64,000 bases of DNA from Octopus bimaculoides. Taxonomy: Eukaryota. The position numbers and the translations under genes were made by a program. The notes under the pieces are model-generated. The model saw nothing but the letters and a program-made list of their open reading frames with translations, did not search any database and was not told the origin of the DNA. Below are positions 38,458-51,979 of this stretch, piece by piece; positions within the stretch are counted from its first letter, which is position 1; each line of letters opens with the position of its first letter. Location: the NCBI RefSeq assembly GCF_001194135.2, contig NC_068987.1:87993520-88057519 (forward strand), read 5' to 3'.

Positions 38458-38694
38458 CAGGGTGGCCTAAAGCTAGGTTTACAGTTATTCAACTATCTTT
38501 TTCGCATCCATATATTAACCGTTTAGATCTTAATTATAAAAAATGATATGAAACCATTATTCTATGTTAATTTAGTTAATTTTGTCAAGCTCCCTTTTCA
38601 GTTTGTAAGATAGAAATTTAAATGTAATAAAACGTTTTAAAAGAAATTTAAAGTGCCTATGTGATAAATGTAAACCTACTTTTGGGCCACCCTG
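38458..38694. mobile_element. Tc1/mariner MITE, copy 2 (same orientation)
   Basis: TA|CAGGGTGGCCTAAAGCTAGGTTTACAG ... TGTAAACCTACTTTTGGGCCACCCTG|TA; internal sequence colinear with copy 1. Confidence 0.9.
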
Positions 38695-39213
38695 TATATT
38701 TTCAAAATTTAGGGAATGGAGAAGGTAAAATCCAGGTTCTATATGTTTCCTAGTTAGCAGAACCTTGGAAGTAGTAATTACCCAAATGAGGGGTAATCTG
38801 CCAGTTACTCATTGGGCCAAAAGTACCTTAGTCAAATGAAGGTTACATTATCATCAAGGAATCCCATGTTAACTTGCAGGAGATTTGATTGAAAATGTGT
38901 GGAAAGGACAGAGTGAGAGAACAAAAGGGAAAATATATTTGTGAAGAAATAATATATGGGAGTGGGGAAATGTCTAATAATATATGGGAATGGAGAAATG
39001 TCTAAAGTTGTTACGGAAAATGATAAGAATACAAATAAAGAAAAAGAGAGGCGGAAGAGTAGGAGGAAAAATTTGGTATTACTGAAACTTGCTAGGGGAA
39101 TGTCTTTGTGAATTTTGGCTGGGGTCATTTACTGGGTCTACAGTAGAACAAATAAGTAAATATTTTGTGGCACCCTGTAAATACATTTAAACAGAGTCAA
39201 AGAAAAGGAGTGG

Positions 39214-39803
39214 TACATTATTTACATTATTTACATTTGACGGATATTTGTCCTCATCTTGTTTGTTGTTAACACGTTTCGGCTGATATACCCTCCAGCC
39301 TTCATCAGGTGTCTTGGGGAAATTTCGAACGTGGGTTCTCATTCCTAAGGTATTTTTTAATGTTATTATTATTATTATTATTATTAAGATCACTGCTTGG
39401 AATCGAACTCGGAATCTTGGGGTTAGTAGCCCGTGCTCTTAACCACTACGCTNNNNNNNNNNATTATTTACATTATTTACATTTGACGGATATTTGTCCT
39501 CATCTTGTTTGTTGTTAACACGTTTCGGCTGATATACCCTCCAGCCTTCATCAGGTGTCTTGGGGAAATTTCGAACGTGGGTTCTCATTCCTAAGGTATT
39601 TTTTAATGTTATTATTATTATTATTATTATTAAGATCACTGCTTGGAATCGAACTCGGAATCTTGGGGTTAGTAGCCCGTGCTCTTAACCACTACGCTAT
39701 ATGCCAGAATCTTTGTGTTAACAACAAACAAGATGAGGACAAATATCTGTCAAATGTAAATATTAATGTACATAATTCCTCATCTCTTAAATATAGAACT
39801 GTA
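39214..39803 (-). mobile_element. Family D SINE (-; duplicated across a 10-N gap) plus an inverted tail fragment (+, 39713-39803)
   Basis: HHR-like motifs at 39271-39313 and 39517-39559; the head ends at 39705; the fragment starts ttgtgttaacaac and ends tagaactgta. Confidence 0.85.
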
Positions 39804-40005
39804 TTCCTCTCAGTGGTCAGAATGGAAGTATCAATCTCACATTGAAGTTCATTTTTGGTGATGTTACCACATTTCAAATCATATTTGCGGAAGGTTATAA
39901 ATAAACACACCAATAAAACATTAACGATATTCTTTCAGTATTGGTCTACAGAGTGTCGGTGCGAGGAGACGATGTCTTCCACCGTCTTTTTCAGCCTGTG
40001 GGTGA

Positions 40006-40614
40006 ATGACGCCGTGTACCAATACCGAAGGATTGCTACATCAACATTTTAAAGAAACTTGGCATGCTACAAAGTAAGTTTTAAGTTATTTTTATTGTCG
40101 ATCATTGAGAACATTTATGGGGAAATAAAGTATTCAGTCGAGCTGTTGTCATTGAAATTGGGGATGGTTATAAGATAGAAATTAGTAAGTACAAAGGAGT
40201 AAGCTGCCCTACATAAATAATTAACCCCACCGGCTTAGAAGTGATCACCACGATGCGATTTCGATTCACAGTTGAGGCTAATTTACTTCATGGACGTCAT
40301 TGATTTCTCTGGGAAGGGCATGAGTTTCACTTCATATTATTACATGATAAATATCTCTAATGTTTAACCATTGATAGATGCTGGTGATTATGAATAGTAA
40401 AACAGAAATACATATAAATTTTTACCTGACATTAAAGGTTTCACTATTCGTTTCACCTAGGAGAGTGTACGTGGAATAAAAAGATAAATAAATAGTTTAT
40501 CTGCAAAAGTTTTAAATAGAAAAAAATAAATTTGATAGTTTAGTTACCGGTTATTTTTGATATACCAGATCCCAGCAGGAATATATATTCACTCATGGAT
40601 TAAAACTGGAGATG
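40006..40614 (+). CDS. Two weak candidate exons (40006-40073 and 40569-40614) giving MTPCTNTEGLLHQHFKETWHATKSQQEYIFTHGLKLEM
   Basis: Donors AAA|gtaagt and ATG|gtaaga, acceptor tttttgatataccag|, compatible phase 2, CpG-retaining context; no homology recognised. Confidence 0.25.
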
Positions 40615-40771
40615 GTAAGAAAATGCTTCGCAGCGTTGGTGGGAGAGAGAGAGAGAGAGAGTACCTGTTTCAAAAACTGACAATCGTTTGAGCTGTTGCC
40701 TTAGCGACGAACACAAGGACACCATAAACATATACAAGTATAACACACGCTGTACAGCTTTATTAATAAAG

Positions 40772-40810
<39 letters not shown>

Positions 40811-41559
40811 TACGAGAGTATAGACATACATACGTACAGGTGCTAACCTCGTATTAATAGCTAGAAATCAATAAATGCGCGCAAATATATTAAGAATGCC
40901 TCAGCATATAAACAAAAGTGTGCAAGCTTAGCGATATTCAGAACAGGTTTAAGAAAAATGGTTTCGTAGCTAACTTTCTTTTTTAAAGATGTATAACCAC
41001 GATATACGAAGTATTGGCGAAACAATCAATGCTTTAAAGAATGAAATCCTTTTGTTGCTTAGATTCAGGTCAGTCCTTATTGAGCTGTCCCATGGTGAAG
41101 ACATTTCAGGCGTGACCATAACCGATTTTCTTTTGCTTATTCTTCTTTCAGAAATGTATTCATTTTCTTTTTCTTTTATTTGTTTCAGTCATTTGACTGC
41201 GGCCATGATGGAGCAACGCCGTGAAGGGTTTTAGTCGAACAAATCGAGGTACTTTTTGGTTATCTCACCCCCATTAAAAAATTGGGTTATCTCCCCCCGC
41301 CCCCGTTTTATGACAAATATCGATACTTTTGGTTATTTCCCTCAACGAAAGAAATTGTTTAACCCCCAATAGAAGAAAAAAAAATGAAAAAATTAATAAA
41401 CATGAACAATGAAAAGATGAAACATCTTATTGAATCTGATAACATTTTTATAACAAATCATACCAGGACTATTTAGGGGGCCAAACGTCAACAATGTATT
41501 GAAATATTAAATCAAAAGGATCCGGTTTGATAGCTAGAATAAGAATAAGACAGAGGAAA

Positions 41560-42270
41560 TTCAGAGAGCTGTTACCTCTGTTGGCCATGAAAGCTTTCTC
41601 TCTCCGAGTGAAAAGAAGATTGTATGATGCATCTATATGAACAGCAATTCTACATGGTAGTGAGACATGGGGCTCTGAATGTAGAGGACATGTGAAGATC
41701 AGAGAGGAATGAGGTTAGTATGTTCCACTGGATGTGTAACGTAAGTTTACATGTTTGATAGAGTGCTAGTGTTTTGAAAGGGAAGTTAGGCATAAGAGGG
41801 AGTATTTGCTGTGTGCAAGAGAGCAGACTGTGATGGTTTGGTGATGTGATGGGGATGGATGCTGACAGCTCCATAAGGAAGTGCCAATCTCTCAAAGTAG
41901 ATGGAATACGTGCAAGTGGGAGACTCAGGAAGAGAAGGGAAGAAGTACTGAAGAACGACCTCAGGAAGCTGAACCTTCCAGGCAAGATGACAAGGGACCA
42001 AGATGCCTGGTACCTTGCTGTACTCAAAAGAAAAAAACATGTACTCCACAGCAGAAGTGATAAGACCAGTCCCCCTGGTGGCAAAAAGTACTCATGGTGA
42101 TGCCATGTAAAAGCACCCATGCAATGCCACTCTGTAAAGTGGTTGGTGTCAGGAAGGGCATCCAGCCATAGCAAACCATGCCAAATCAGACTGGAATCTG
42201 GTGCTGATCCCCAGCTTGCCAGTTTTGGTCAAACCCATGCCATCAGATGTTAAACGATGAGGATGATTAT
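41560..42270 (+). mobile_element. RTE LINE 3' portion (ORF2 C-terminus plus short 3'UTR)
   Basis: RVKRRLYDAS..AILHGSETW; LKNDLRKLNL...DQDAWYLAVL; continues into gtaaaagcacc and the (GAT) tail. Confidence 0.8.
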
Positions 42271-42273
42271 GAC

Positions 42274-42309
<36 letters not shown>

Positions 42310-42509
42310 GCACACATACATATGTATGTACATGCTTACATACAAACACACACACACACATGCATGCATACATACATATATACATACATACATACATACA
42401 AACAAAAATACCCTGTTGCTGATGTTGAAATTCCAATGAAGGAACCTTGGATCTAGGTTAGAAACCAGTTGTTTCTCTATTGGCAAGAAATCTTGCAACT
42501 GATAATGAC

Positions 42510-44440
42510 ATACATACAGGCTTCTTTTAGTTTCTGTCAATCAGATCCACTCATAAGACTCTGGTCTTGTTGGTCTGAGGCTATAGCAGAAAAAGACACT
42601 TGCCCAAGGTGCCATGCAGTGGGACTGAACCCAGGACTATGTGATTGGGTAGTAAGCTTCTTATCTCACAGCCATGGGCTTCTTTCAGTTTCTATCTGCC
42701 AAATTCACTCACAAGGCTTTGGTCATGCCTGAGGCTAAAATAGAAGACATTTGCCAAAGGTGTCATGCAATGGGATTGAACCTGGAACCACATGATTGGG
42801 AAGCAAGCTTCTTACCACATGTCACATAGCTCATTAATTCCTTGATGTCTCATCAGGCTAAGATTAAAAGATCAGTTAGCTTGCTTAGAGGATACTATGC
42901 TAATGAGATCTAATAAACTTCAACATGTCCATAATTGTCCGTTGCCTCTAAAAGAAAATCAAACTTTTCATCCTTGAAGCTCATAAATTAATTTGGAGAA
43001 ATTAATTTGGAGAAATTAATTTGTAACTTTCAGGATTGATCTCCCTTTTCTTGAGACTAACTGCTTGAGGAGTTTAGTTTGCAACCACATGGGTTCAGGT
43101 TCAATCTCAATGCGTGACACATTGAGCAATTGTCTCTTACTGTAGCCTCAGGCTGATCAAAGCTTTGTGAGTGAATTTGGCAGCAGAAACTAGATGGAAG
43201 CCTGTCATTGTTTGTCCCCTCTATGTTTAGCCCCCTGTGGGCAATAAAGAAATAAATATCTACTTTTGCTTATTTCATCTGTCTTTTCGTTCTGAGTTCA
43301 AATTCCGCCGAGGTTAACTTTGCCTTTCATCCTTTTGGAGTTGATAAATTAAGTACCAGTTGTATACTGGGTCAATCTAATCGACTGCCCCCTTCCCCAA
43401 AAATTTTGGGCCTTCTGCCTAGAGCAGAAAAGAATATTTATTTTCATATGCATTTTCTGTCTTTGTGTTCTGAGCTCAAATTCTGCCGAGGTCAACTTTG
43501 CCTTTCATCCTTTTGGGGTCAATTAAATAAGTACCAGTTACACACTGGGATCAATGTAATCGACTTAATCCCTTTGTCTGTCCTTGTTTGCTCCTTCTAT
43601 TTTTAGCCCCCTGTGGGCAATAAAAAAACATTTATTTTTGCTTGCAATAGCTAGTTCTTTTGGTCAAACTATTGTATCTCCAGCTGCTTCAGATGGCAAG
43701 ATATCAAAAATTGTCAAAGTCTAGTTTAACAGTTTTGCTATGGAATGGTGAAACTATTTTTTCGTTTTCTGATAAAGCAACATTTTGGACTTACAACACT
43801 TTTGCACAATAGCAACAAAATGTATTCCATTTGTGACCACCATTATTGAAATTTATTCCTTTTTGTATGTCTGTTACATTTTTAAATGTGTTATTTTTTT
43901 CAATGTCTGTTTTATTATTACCTAAGAAATTTTTTTTAAGATTGCAAAGGTATGACTGTGTGGTGAAGGAGCTAACTTTGCAACCAATTGGTTTTAGGTT
44001 CAATCTCACTGTGTGGTACCTTAGGTAAGTATCTTCTATTATAGTTCTGGGCCAATAAATGCCTTGTGAATGAATTTGGTAGATAGAAACTGTGTGAGTG
44101 TGTATATAAACATGTGTGTGTGTGTGTGTGTTTATGTTTGTTCTGCCACAACAGATTGACAGCCAGTGTCAGTTTGTTCATGTCCCCATAACTTAGCAAT
44201 TCAGCAAAAAAAAAAAAAAAAAAAAATATGTACTAGAGTTAAAAAAAAGTACTTGGGTCGATTACATATATGTATATACATACATGATAGGTTTCTTTCA
44301 GTTATGTCTATCAGATTCCCTCACAAGGCTTTGGTTGGCCCAGAGTTATAGTGGAAAACACTTACCCAAGGCGCCACACAGTAGGATTGAACCCAAAGCC
44401 ATGTAGATGTGAACCAAACATCTCAACTGCATAGTTGTGC
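42510..44440. mobile_element. Cluster of degenerate SINEs (family A both strands, family E x2)
   Basis: Family A pieces at about 42510-42830, 43060-43200, 43960-44100 and 44130-44440; family E at 43280-43620. Confidence 0.65.
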
Positions 44441-45584
44441 TGGTTTCTTCTGGAGCATGGAGAAACCTTCACTCACAAACACATCAAAGTACCCCAGTCT
44501 ATTGGCACACTGCATCTTCTCCATCCTCTTGTCTCTTCTGCAGTTATTAGAGTGGTTCATACTCTTTTAATCCTTTAGCATTTGGATGTCTTAGCTTATA
44601 GGATTGACCCCTGCATCCCTTTCCAGCTGAGCATTCCAAATCTTGTGGGCTCGTAGGTGCTGGTGTCACGTAAAAAGTGCCTGTAAATGCACCCCTGCTG
44701 GTGCGATGTAAAAAGCACCCAGTACACTCTGTAAAGGGGTTGGCATTAAGAAGGGCAACCAGCCATAGAGAGCATGCCAAAGCAGATATGAAGCCTGATT
44801 AGTTCTTCAACAGGCCAGTTCCTGTCAAGCTGTCCAACCCATGCCAGCATGGAAAACGGACGTTAAATGATGATGATGATTGCTGTCAAATGTAATGTTT
44901 ATTTAATCACATTGTCTTGAGTTAATCATGCATTGTCTTTCAGCTTTGAGATTTTGATGCTGCAACTGTTCATTTTGAGAATGACATTGTCAGGTAGGTG
45001 TGAGAGGTCAGATCCAGCTGATTTGAACATAAAACGGAATATCTGAGCCAGATATGACTTTCAATGCTAAAAGGTTAAATTAACAACCTCAATGTCACAT
45101 CCACCACACTTCTCAAATCAACCACACCTCAAATCTCAACCTTACCCAACCCCACCGCTGTGCATCATACTGCCAAACTCCATACTGAATGTCAACCAAC
45201 CGTCCTTTCCTAAAAATACCACATTTGTGTCACTTGTGTGATGACCATGGTTTCAATTCTGGATATTGAACTGAAGAAAATCACTGCCCTTGGTCCCAAC
45301 TAAAAATATCTTTCTATCATTCTCTCTCTGTAAATCTGTGTGTGTTTAAGTATATACACACATGCACACACATACACAAACACACGCACACACACACACA
45401 CGCGCACACACACACAAGTGGTTTTATTTATGTTATGGATATGCTTTTGAATCAATATTGAGATTTTGCACCAATATCTTCCAATACATCAAGCAGTTAT
45501 CTTTTGTCTGAAGAGAAATATCTCAATATTAGTCTATACACAATGACTACTTCATCCTGACACAAAGTCATGTTTCATATATCA

Positions 45585-46420
45585 TCATCATCGTCGTTTA
45601 ACGTTGGCTTTCCATGCTGGCATGGGTTGACTGAGGACCAGTGAGCCAGAGGTTGCACCAGCTCAATCTGATCTGGCAAAGTTTCTACAGCTGGATGCCC
45701 TTCCTAATGCCAACCATTCTGAGAGTGTAGTGGGTGCTTTTACATGCCACCGGCACAAGGGCCAGTCAGGTGGTACTGGCAACGACCAAGCTCAAAAGGT
45801 GTTTTTTAACATCCTACCTGCATGGGAGCCTGGTAACATGACGCTGGCAATGATCATGCTTGAATGGTGCTTTTTACATGCCACCGGCATGGGAGCCAAT
45901 TCATGGCCCAGGCAATGATCACGTTCAGATGTGCTTTTAATGTTCCACTGGTACGAGTGCCAATCAGGCAGTACTTTCATCGACCACATCAGTGATTTTG
46001 ATTTTAATTTCACTTGCCTCAACAAGTCTTTGCAAGCAAAGTTTATTGTCCAATGAATGAGGGGTATTCATAAGTGGGCTGGTTACACCCACTGGCACAA
46101 GCCATGGGCAATGGTCTCACTTGGTTTGTCGGGTCTTCTCAAGCACAGCATATCTCCAAAGGTCTCGGTCACTAGCCGTTGCCTTGGAAAGGTCCAATGT
46201 TCGAAGATCGTGCTTCACCACCCCATCCCAGGTCTTCCTGGGTCCACCTCTTCCATAAGTTCCCTCTACTGTTAGGGTGTGACACTTTTTCACACAGCTG
46301 TCCTCATTCATTCGCAACACATGACCATACCAGAGCAGTCGTCTCTCTTGCATACCACATCTGATGCTTCTTAAATCTGCCTTTTCTCTCAGGGCACTTA
46401 CACTCCCTGAGAGTGTATAT
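45585..46420 (-). mobile_element. RTE LINE 3' end: ORF2 C-terminus, full 3'UTR unit array and (GAT)n tail
   Basis: ORF 46117-46353 (RRLLWYGHVLRM...GRGGPRKTW...DRDLWRYAVL) runs directly into the array-type UTR, which shows that the isolated array repeats are LINE 3'UTRs. Confidence 0.85.
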
Positions 46421-46544
46421 ATATGTATGTATATTTGTGTGTGTAGTGGGTGCTTTTACGTGCCACCGGCATGAGGGCCAGTCAGGCGGTACTGGCAATG
46501 GCCATGCTCAAATGGTGTTCTTTACGTGCCACCTGCACAGTGCT

Positions 46545-47237
46545 GATGAAATTCAGTTTGGTTTTATCCCGGGGAAAAGCCCCAATTTTGTTATTTTCAG
46601 TCAGGCAACTGCAAGAGAAGTATTTAACTAAGAGTGTACTCAGTGCAAGCTATGGACACACAAGAGGTTCACAAGTACAGTGATGAATTTAGTGTACATC
46701 TAGGTATTCACTAAGGTTCAGTCCTCAGCCCCCTCCTATTCATCATCATCCTCCAAGCCATAACAGAGGAATTTAAAACTGGAAGCCCTCGGCTGATGAT
46801 CTTCCTTGCTTAGCAGAATCTGTAACAGAACTAGAAAAGAAATTCCAGGTGTGGAAAAAAAGAAACCTGGAATCAAAGGGTCTTAAAGTTAACCTAGCAA
46901 AGACCAAGGACCTAGTAAGCAGACAGGACCCTACCCACTTAAGGTAAATGGGCCTGCTCAATATGTAGGAATGGTGTAGGCATGAATTTCATTCGGTGTA
47001 CTCAGTGCAAGTTATGGACACACAAAAGGTGCAGTGGAATTGCAGGAAGGTTAACAGACAAAGTTGTGTTTGTTTGTGGAAGATGTACAAGAACCATGAA
47101 GACTACAAATATACAGGGAACTGATTTTCTCAAATAACCTGGAGGCTCTTTAAAGGTGGTAGATAATTTGTGTCCATAACTTGCACTGAGTACACCGAAT
47201 GGAATTCATGCTTACACCGTTCCTACATATTGAGTAC
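46545..47237 (+). pseudogene. Rearranged RTE reverse-transcriptase remnant with embedded PHD finger
   Basis: GIH*GSVLSPLLF...ADDL...GLKVNLAKTK, then C4HC3 (46955-47086), then LKVVDN; partial direct and inverted duplications. Confidence 0.8.
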
Positions 47238-47573
47238 TTGGTGACCCTGTCAGTGCTGGTGCCATAGAGAAAAGCACCCAGTACACTCTGTAAAGTGGGT
47301 GGCATTAGAAAGGGCATCCAGCTGGAGACAACATGTCAAAACAGACAATGGAACCAGGTGTAACTCCTGGCCTTGCCTGCTCCCATCAAACCATTCAACT
47401 CATGCCAGTATTGAAATAAGGATGTTAAATGATGAGGATTTTATATATGTATGTATATATAAAAATATACACACACACACACATTATATATGTACATATA
47501 CATATGTATATATATATATATATTTATCGTCCAACCCATGCCAACATGGAAAACGGATGTAAAACAATGATGA

Positions 47574-47609
<36 letters not shown>

Positions 47610-47619
47610 TTTACTCTCT

Positions 47620-47877
47620 TTTAGTTGTTTCAGTCATTTGACTGTGGCCATGCTGGAGCACCACCTTTAGTCGAACAAATCGACCCCAGGACTTATTCTT
47701 TGGAAGCCTAGTACTTATTCTATCGATCACTTTTGCCGAACCGCTAAGTTACGGGGACGTAAACACGCCAGCATCGGTTGTCAAGCAATGTTGGGGGGAC
47801 AAACACAGACACGCAAACATATGTATACATATATACAATGGGCTTCTTTCAGTTTCCGTCTACCAAATCCACTCACA
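47620..47877 (-). mobile_element. SINE family A, young, truncated by a gap
   Basis: CpG-intact match to 62636-63025. Confidence 0.85.
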
Positions 47878-50800
47878 NNNNNNNNNNNNNNNNNNNNNNN
47901 NNNNNNNNNNNNNNNNNNNNNNNNNNNNNNNNNNNNNNNNNNNNNNNNNNNNNNNNNNNNNNNNNNNNNNNNNNNNNNNNNNNNNNNNNNNNNNNNNNNN
48001 NNNNNNNNNNNNNNNNNNNNNNNNNNNNNNNNNNNNNNNNNNNNNNNNNNNNNNNNNNNNNNNNNNNNNNNNNNNNNNNNNNNNNNNNNNNNNNNNNNNN
48101 NNNNNNNNNNNNNNNNNNNNNNNNNNNNNNNNNNNNNNNNNNNNNNNNNNNNNNNNNNNNNNNNNNNNNNNNNNNNNNNNNNNNNNNNNNNNNNNNNNNN
48201 NNNNNNNNNNNNNNNNNNNNNNNNNNNNNNNNNNNNNNNNNNNNNNNNNNNNNNNNNNNNNNNNNNNNNNNNNNNNNNNNNNNNNNNNNNNNNNNNNNNN
48301 NNNNNNNNNNNNNNNNNNNNNNNNNNNNNNNNNNNNNNNNNNNNNNNNNNNNNNNNNNNNNNNNNNNNNNNNNNNNNNNNNNNNNNNNNNNNNNNNNNNN
48401 NNNNNNNNNNNNNNNNNNNNNNNNNNNTATATATGTATATATGTATATTAGAAAACATAAATCTGGAGAAGAAGCACTTTCTAAAACGTACAGTAGTCAA
48501 TGTTTTTTACTGGGGAAGGTTAGTTTATGGGGTTAGCCTGGGTTTCCTGTTTAAAGATCTTAGGAGAACAGGTCTTGGGGTCTAATGATATGCCATAAAG
48601 TTAAACCCTTTATGGATGAGAAACTCTAGGTAACCCCATAAACTGGCCTACCCCAGTTATATATATAATACATATATGTAGTATGTGTATGTAAATTTGT
48701 ATATGTGTGTGTATATATATGTGTGTGTGAGTGTGTATATATATGTATGTGTATATGTGTGTGTGTGCGTGTGTGTGTATATATATATTTATGTGCGTGT
48801 ATTGGTATACATACGTGCATCTCTATATATACACATGTAGGTCCATATAACTAACTGACAGATAGACGTGCACAATGAAAATACTGTGAACTATTTGGAC
48901 ATTTACTTCAATTATTAGCAAGTTAGGTGGAAAGCACTCTGCACCCAATCTCGTCTCATTTATGTAATGTATACCAGCATAATATTATATAATCTGCTCA
49001 CAGCACATAATGGTATCATTTGCGTATATGATCTTGTAGTTTAATGAAATATAATATTACACTGAATATACATATTACTTATATATTGTTGTTGTTTAGC
49101 TTGAGGTCAGCTGTGATTGAATAGGCTAATGATGAAAGACATTCCATTCGTGACTGTCGTTTTTTTTTATATCAGGTAAAATGTAATCAGTGTTCCTTTT
49201 TTTTCAATGTATATTTCGTTTTTAACAGAGTAGGATGTAATTCGCGGAATATTTAACTGCTATTTCTAACGAGTTACAGGGAGGTTCCCTTTCGTTGGTC
49301 TGATGTATTAGTGTTGCATACATGCGCAGAGTTAAAGCGCGTGTTACTAACACAAGCCGTGGCTATACTTGTGAACACCTGCTCATCTCCCTTCCTTCTT
49401 CAATAATTTATGTGAGTAGTCACATGACACATGAGTGGTGCTGTAGCCTCGAGGTGAATTTTGCGCCCTCAATGCCAATGGCCGCCATGTCTTTTAATTT
49501 CTCCATTCATCTTCCTACCATTATCAATATCACGAAATAATTCTTATTTGATAGGATCAATGACACTATAGAAGCAGTCGTATCTGTTAAAGGAAATATG
49601 AAAATACATGTAAAACGTCAATGGATGAGATTATTCGTTCAGTTGCTGTTATCACCGAAACATTTATTACTTCAAACCTGAAAATGTAACCACTCCTTTT
49701 AGTTTAAGAAGCTTTAAATCAATTAAAACTTAAAGAATAGCTATAAGATTCCAAATATTATACATTTTGATGATTTTTTCACTAAACTGTGTTCAACAGT
49801 CACTTCCTTCCTGTTGAACACAGTATATTCTCTATCAAAACATGTAAATGTATTAACCTAAAAAGCATCTAAAAGTCACACCATTAAAGTGTTCTTGCCT
49901 CGCGTTCCGTTCGATGAGTAACTCCCCTTGATTGCCCCTCTCTTTCTTTTTCTACATATTTTTTCTATCTCTCGCACGCATACACGTCGAGTAACTCCCC
50001 TTGTTACTCTCCTCCCTCTTTCTTCCTGCATGTATCCCTCCTTCGCTTCTCATTCTCTCCCCCTCTCTCTTCTTGCATGTATCCCTCCTTCCCTTGTCAT
50101 TCTCTCCCCCTCTGTCTCTGCCTTCCTATTTATCATCCATCTCGCTCTCTTTCTCTCTCACTACCCTATAATACCCTCTCTCTCTCTCTCTTTCACTCTC
50201 TCAATACTGTTGAAAAGGACTACAACACCCCGCCAGCGGAAGCACCAACTATACGTCTTCTTTTCTAAACGTTGTCTTCGTTTTTACTCAACACTTGGAT
50301 TCTCCAGGTAAATATAATATCATATAATATATTCCACACCAACAAATACTCCACACACCATCATCTGATTGCTTTCCATTACATCTCCGAGTTTGTATTC
50401 ATTAACAACAGCCAACCACACACAAATACATACAGACACATACATATATACACATATATAAATACACATACATATATACATATATATATATGTGTGTGTG
50501 TGTGCTATTTTTCTTGTAATTAAATGTGAATTATGTCAAGTATTCAAGTATTAGTATATAGTATCAAAGAAATATACTAGAAATAACTGTGTATACCGAT
50601 GATATTGTTTTTTCTTTATATAATTTAATCATTCCACCCTTCTTCGCCATACATCACCAATCCCAGTCATAAATCTTTTCACTTATTCATCTCTCATTTA
50701 TATTAATTTCTCCTCACTAAATATCCCCAACGATCTACTCGAATGATATTCATCTGTCGTGGTTCGTTGTTGCTGCAGTCATTTCTGTTCCTTCTGTGCC

Positions 50801-51862
50801 ATTATATCCTTTACATGTTTCTTCTTGTTTTTTTTTTCCCGACAACTCCCCCTTCTTTGACCGAGTGGGTGTGATACGATTGTTTGTCCGCATATAACAG
50901 CTGTTAAAAAAGGGGGTAATATTCAAATATAAATAACCGAAACGATTTAAACGAATATTGTAATTATCATACATTAAAAAGCAATAATTTATTTAACACT
51001 CACAGCATAATTAATGTCTATAAACCATCAAATTGACATCCCTTCTCTTCCTTTATCGTCCTATGTAATGTGTTCGTCTCTTCTATGATGTCGACGACAT
51101 CGAAATGGACTGTAAACGACGTGGAGACCAAACCTGACTCCACAAATTTCAATGTCACTATCCAAGTGCCTACGCAAACTTTACCATCATCTCCTCTCTA
51201 TGTTAATCGATGTTAAACGTTAGAATATCTCTGACATATTAATTGATTATCCATTTCTTGGCAATTAGTAATCACTAATTGACTACGATGATGTCCTACT
51301 TTAACAATTATAATATTCTCATCCATCCATCCATTTCTAGAGTACCTTATATATATATATATATCAGTCACCTTCCTATTTTATTTTTCTATTGATATTC
51401 GCCTACACTGTTCGGTTCATTCACCTGTAACCTCTCCTTAAACACCAATATTATTTATCATCACCTCTTATAATCTGTATGTTGCTTATTTTTGCAATTG
51501 ATTCTGCACTAATTGCGATATAATAATAATAATAATAATAATAATTATTATTATTATTATAAAAGACGATAGAACCTCTTTTAATGCCGTGCCTTACTCG
51601 TGCCCTATTACTTTTGAGTCTGTCAGCAGCTTCAGTTTTGGTTGTCGAAAATAGATATCGTGTTCTGACCCATTCCTGGATCATCTACCCATCATTATTT
51701 ACTCCTCATCTGATGACATTGAATTATCTGTGTATAATTGAGTATATAGACATTATTATTATTATTATTATCATTTCCTTCCCGTGTTTTCTTTCATATG
51801 TATATTGCGGGGCATTCCACCGTTTGCTGTGGTCTTATACACTGTTGATCCCACCCATCTCT

Positions 51863-51915
<53 letters not shown>

Positions 51916-51979
51916 TATAAATGTCGGTACCCGATTTGCTATTACACACCACTTTCAGACAGAATCGATAACAGTTGTG

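Noticed and set aside
39214-39705. Apparent tandem dimer of the HHR element, attractive as a retrozyme-like tandem
   Set aside because: The two copies look identical and flank a 10-N gap, the same pattern as 28012-28153; most likely a contig-overlap artefact until long reads show otherwise.
39939-40073. In-frame TGA after ...SACG as a possible selenocysteine codon
   Set aside because: Flanking residues do not match any selenoprotein family I recognise and no SECIS element was identified.
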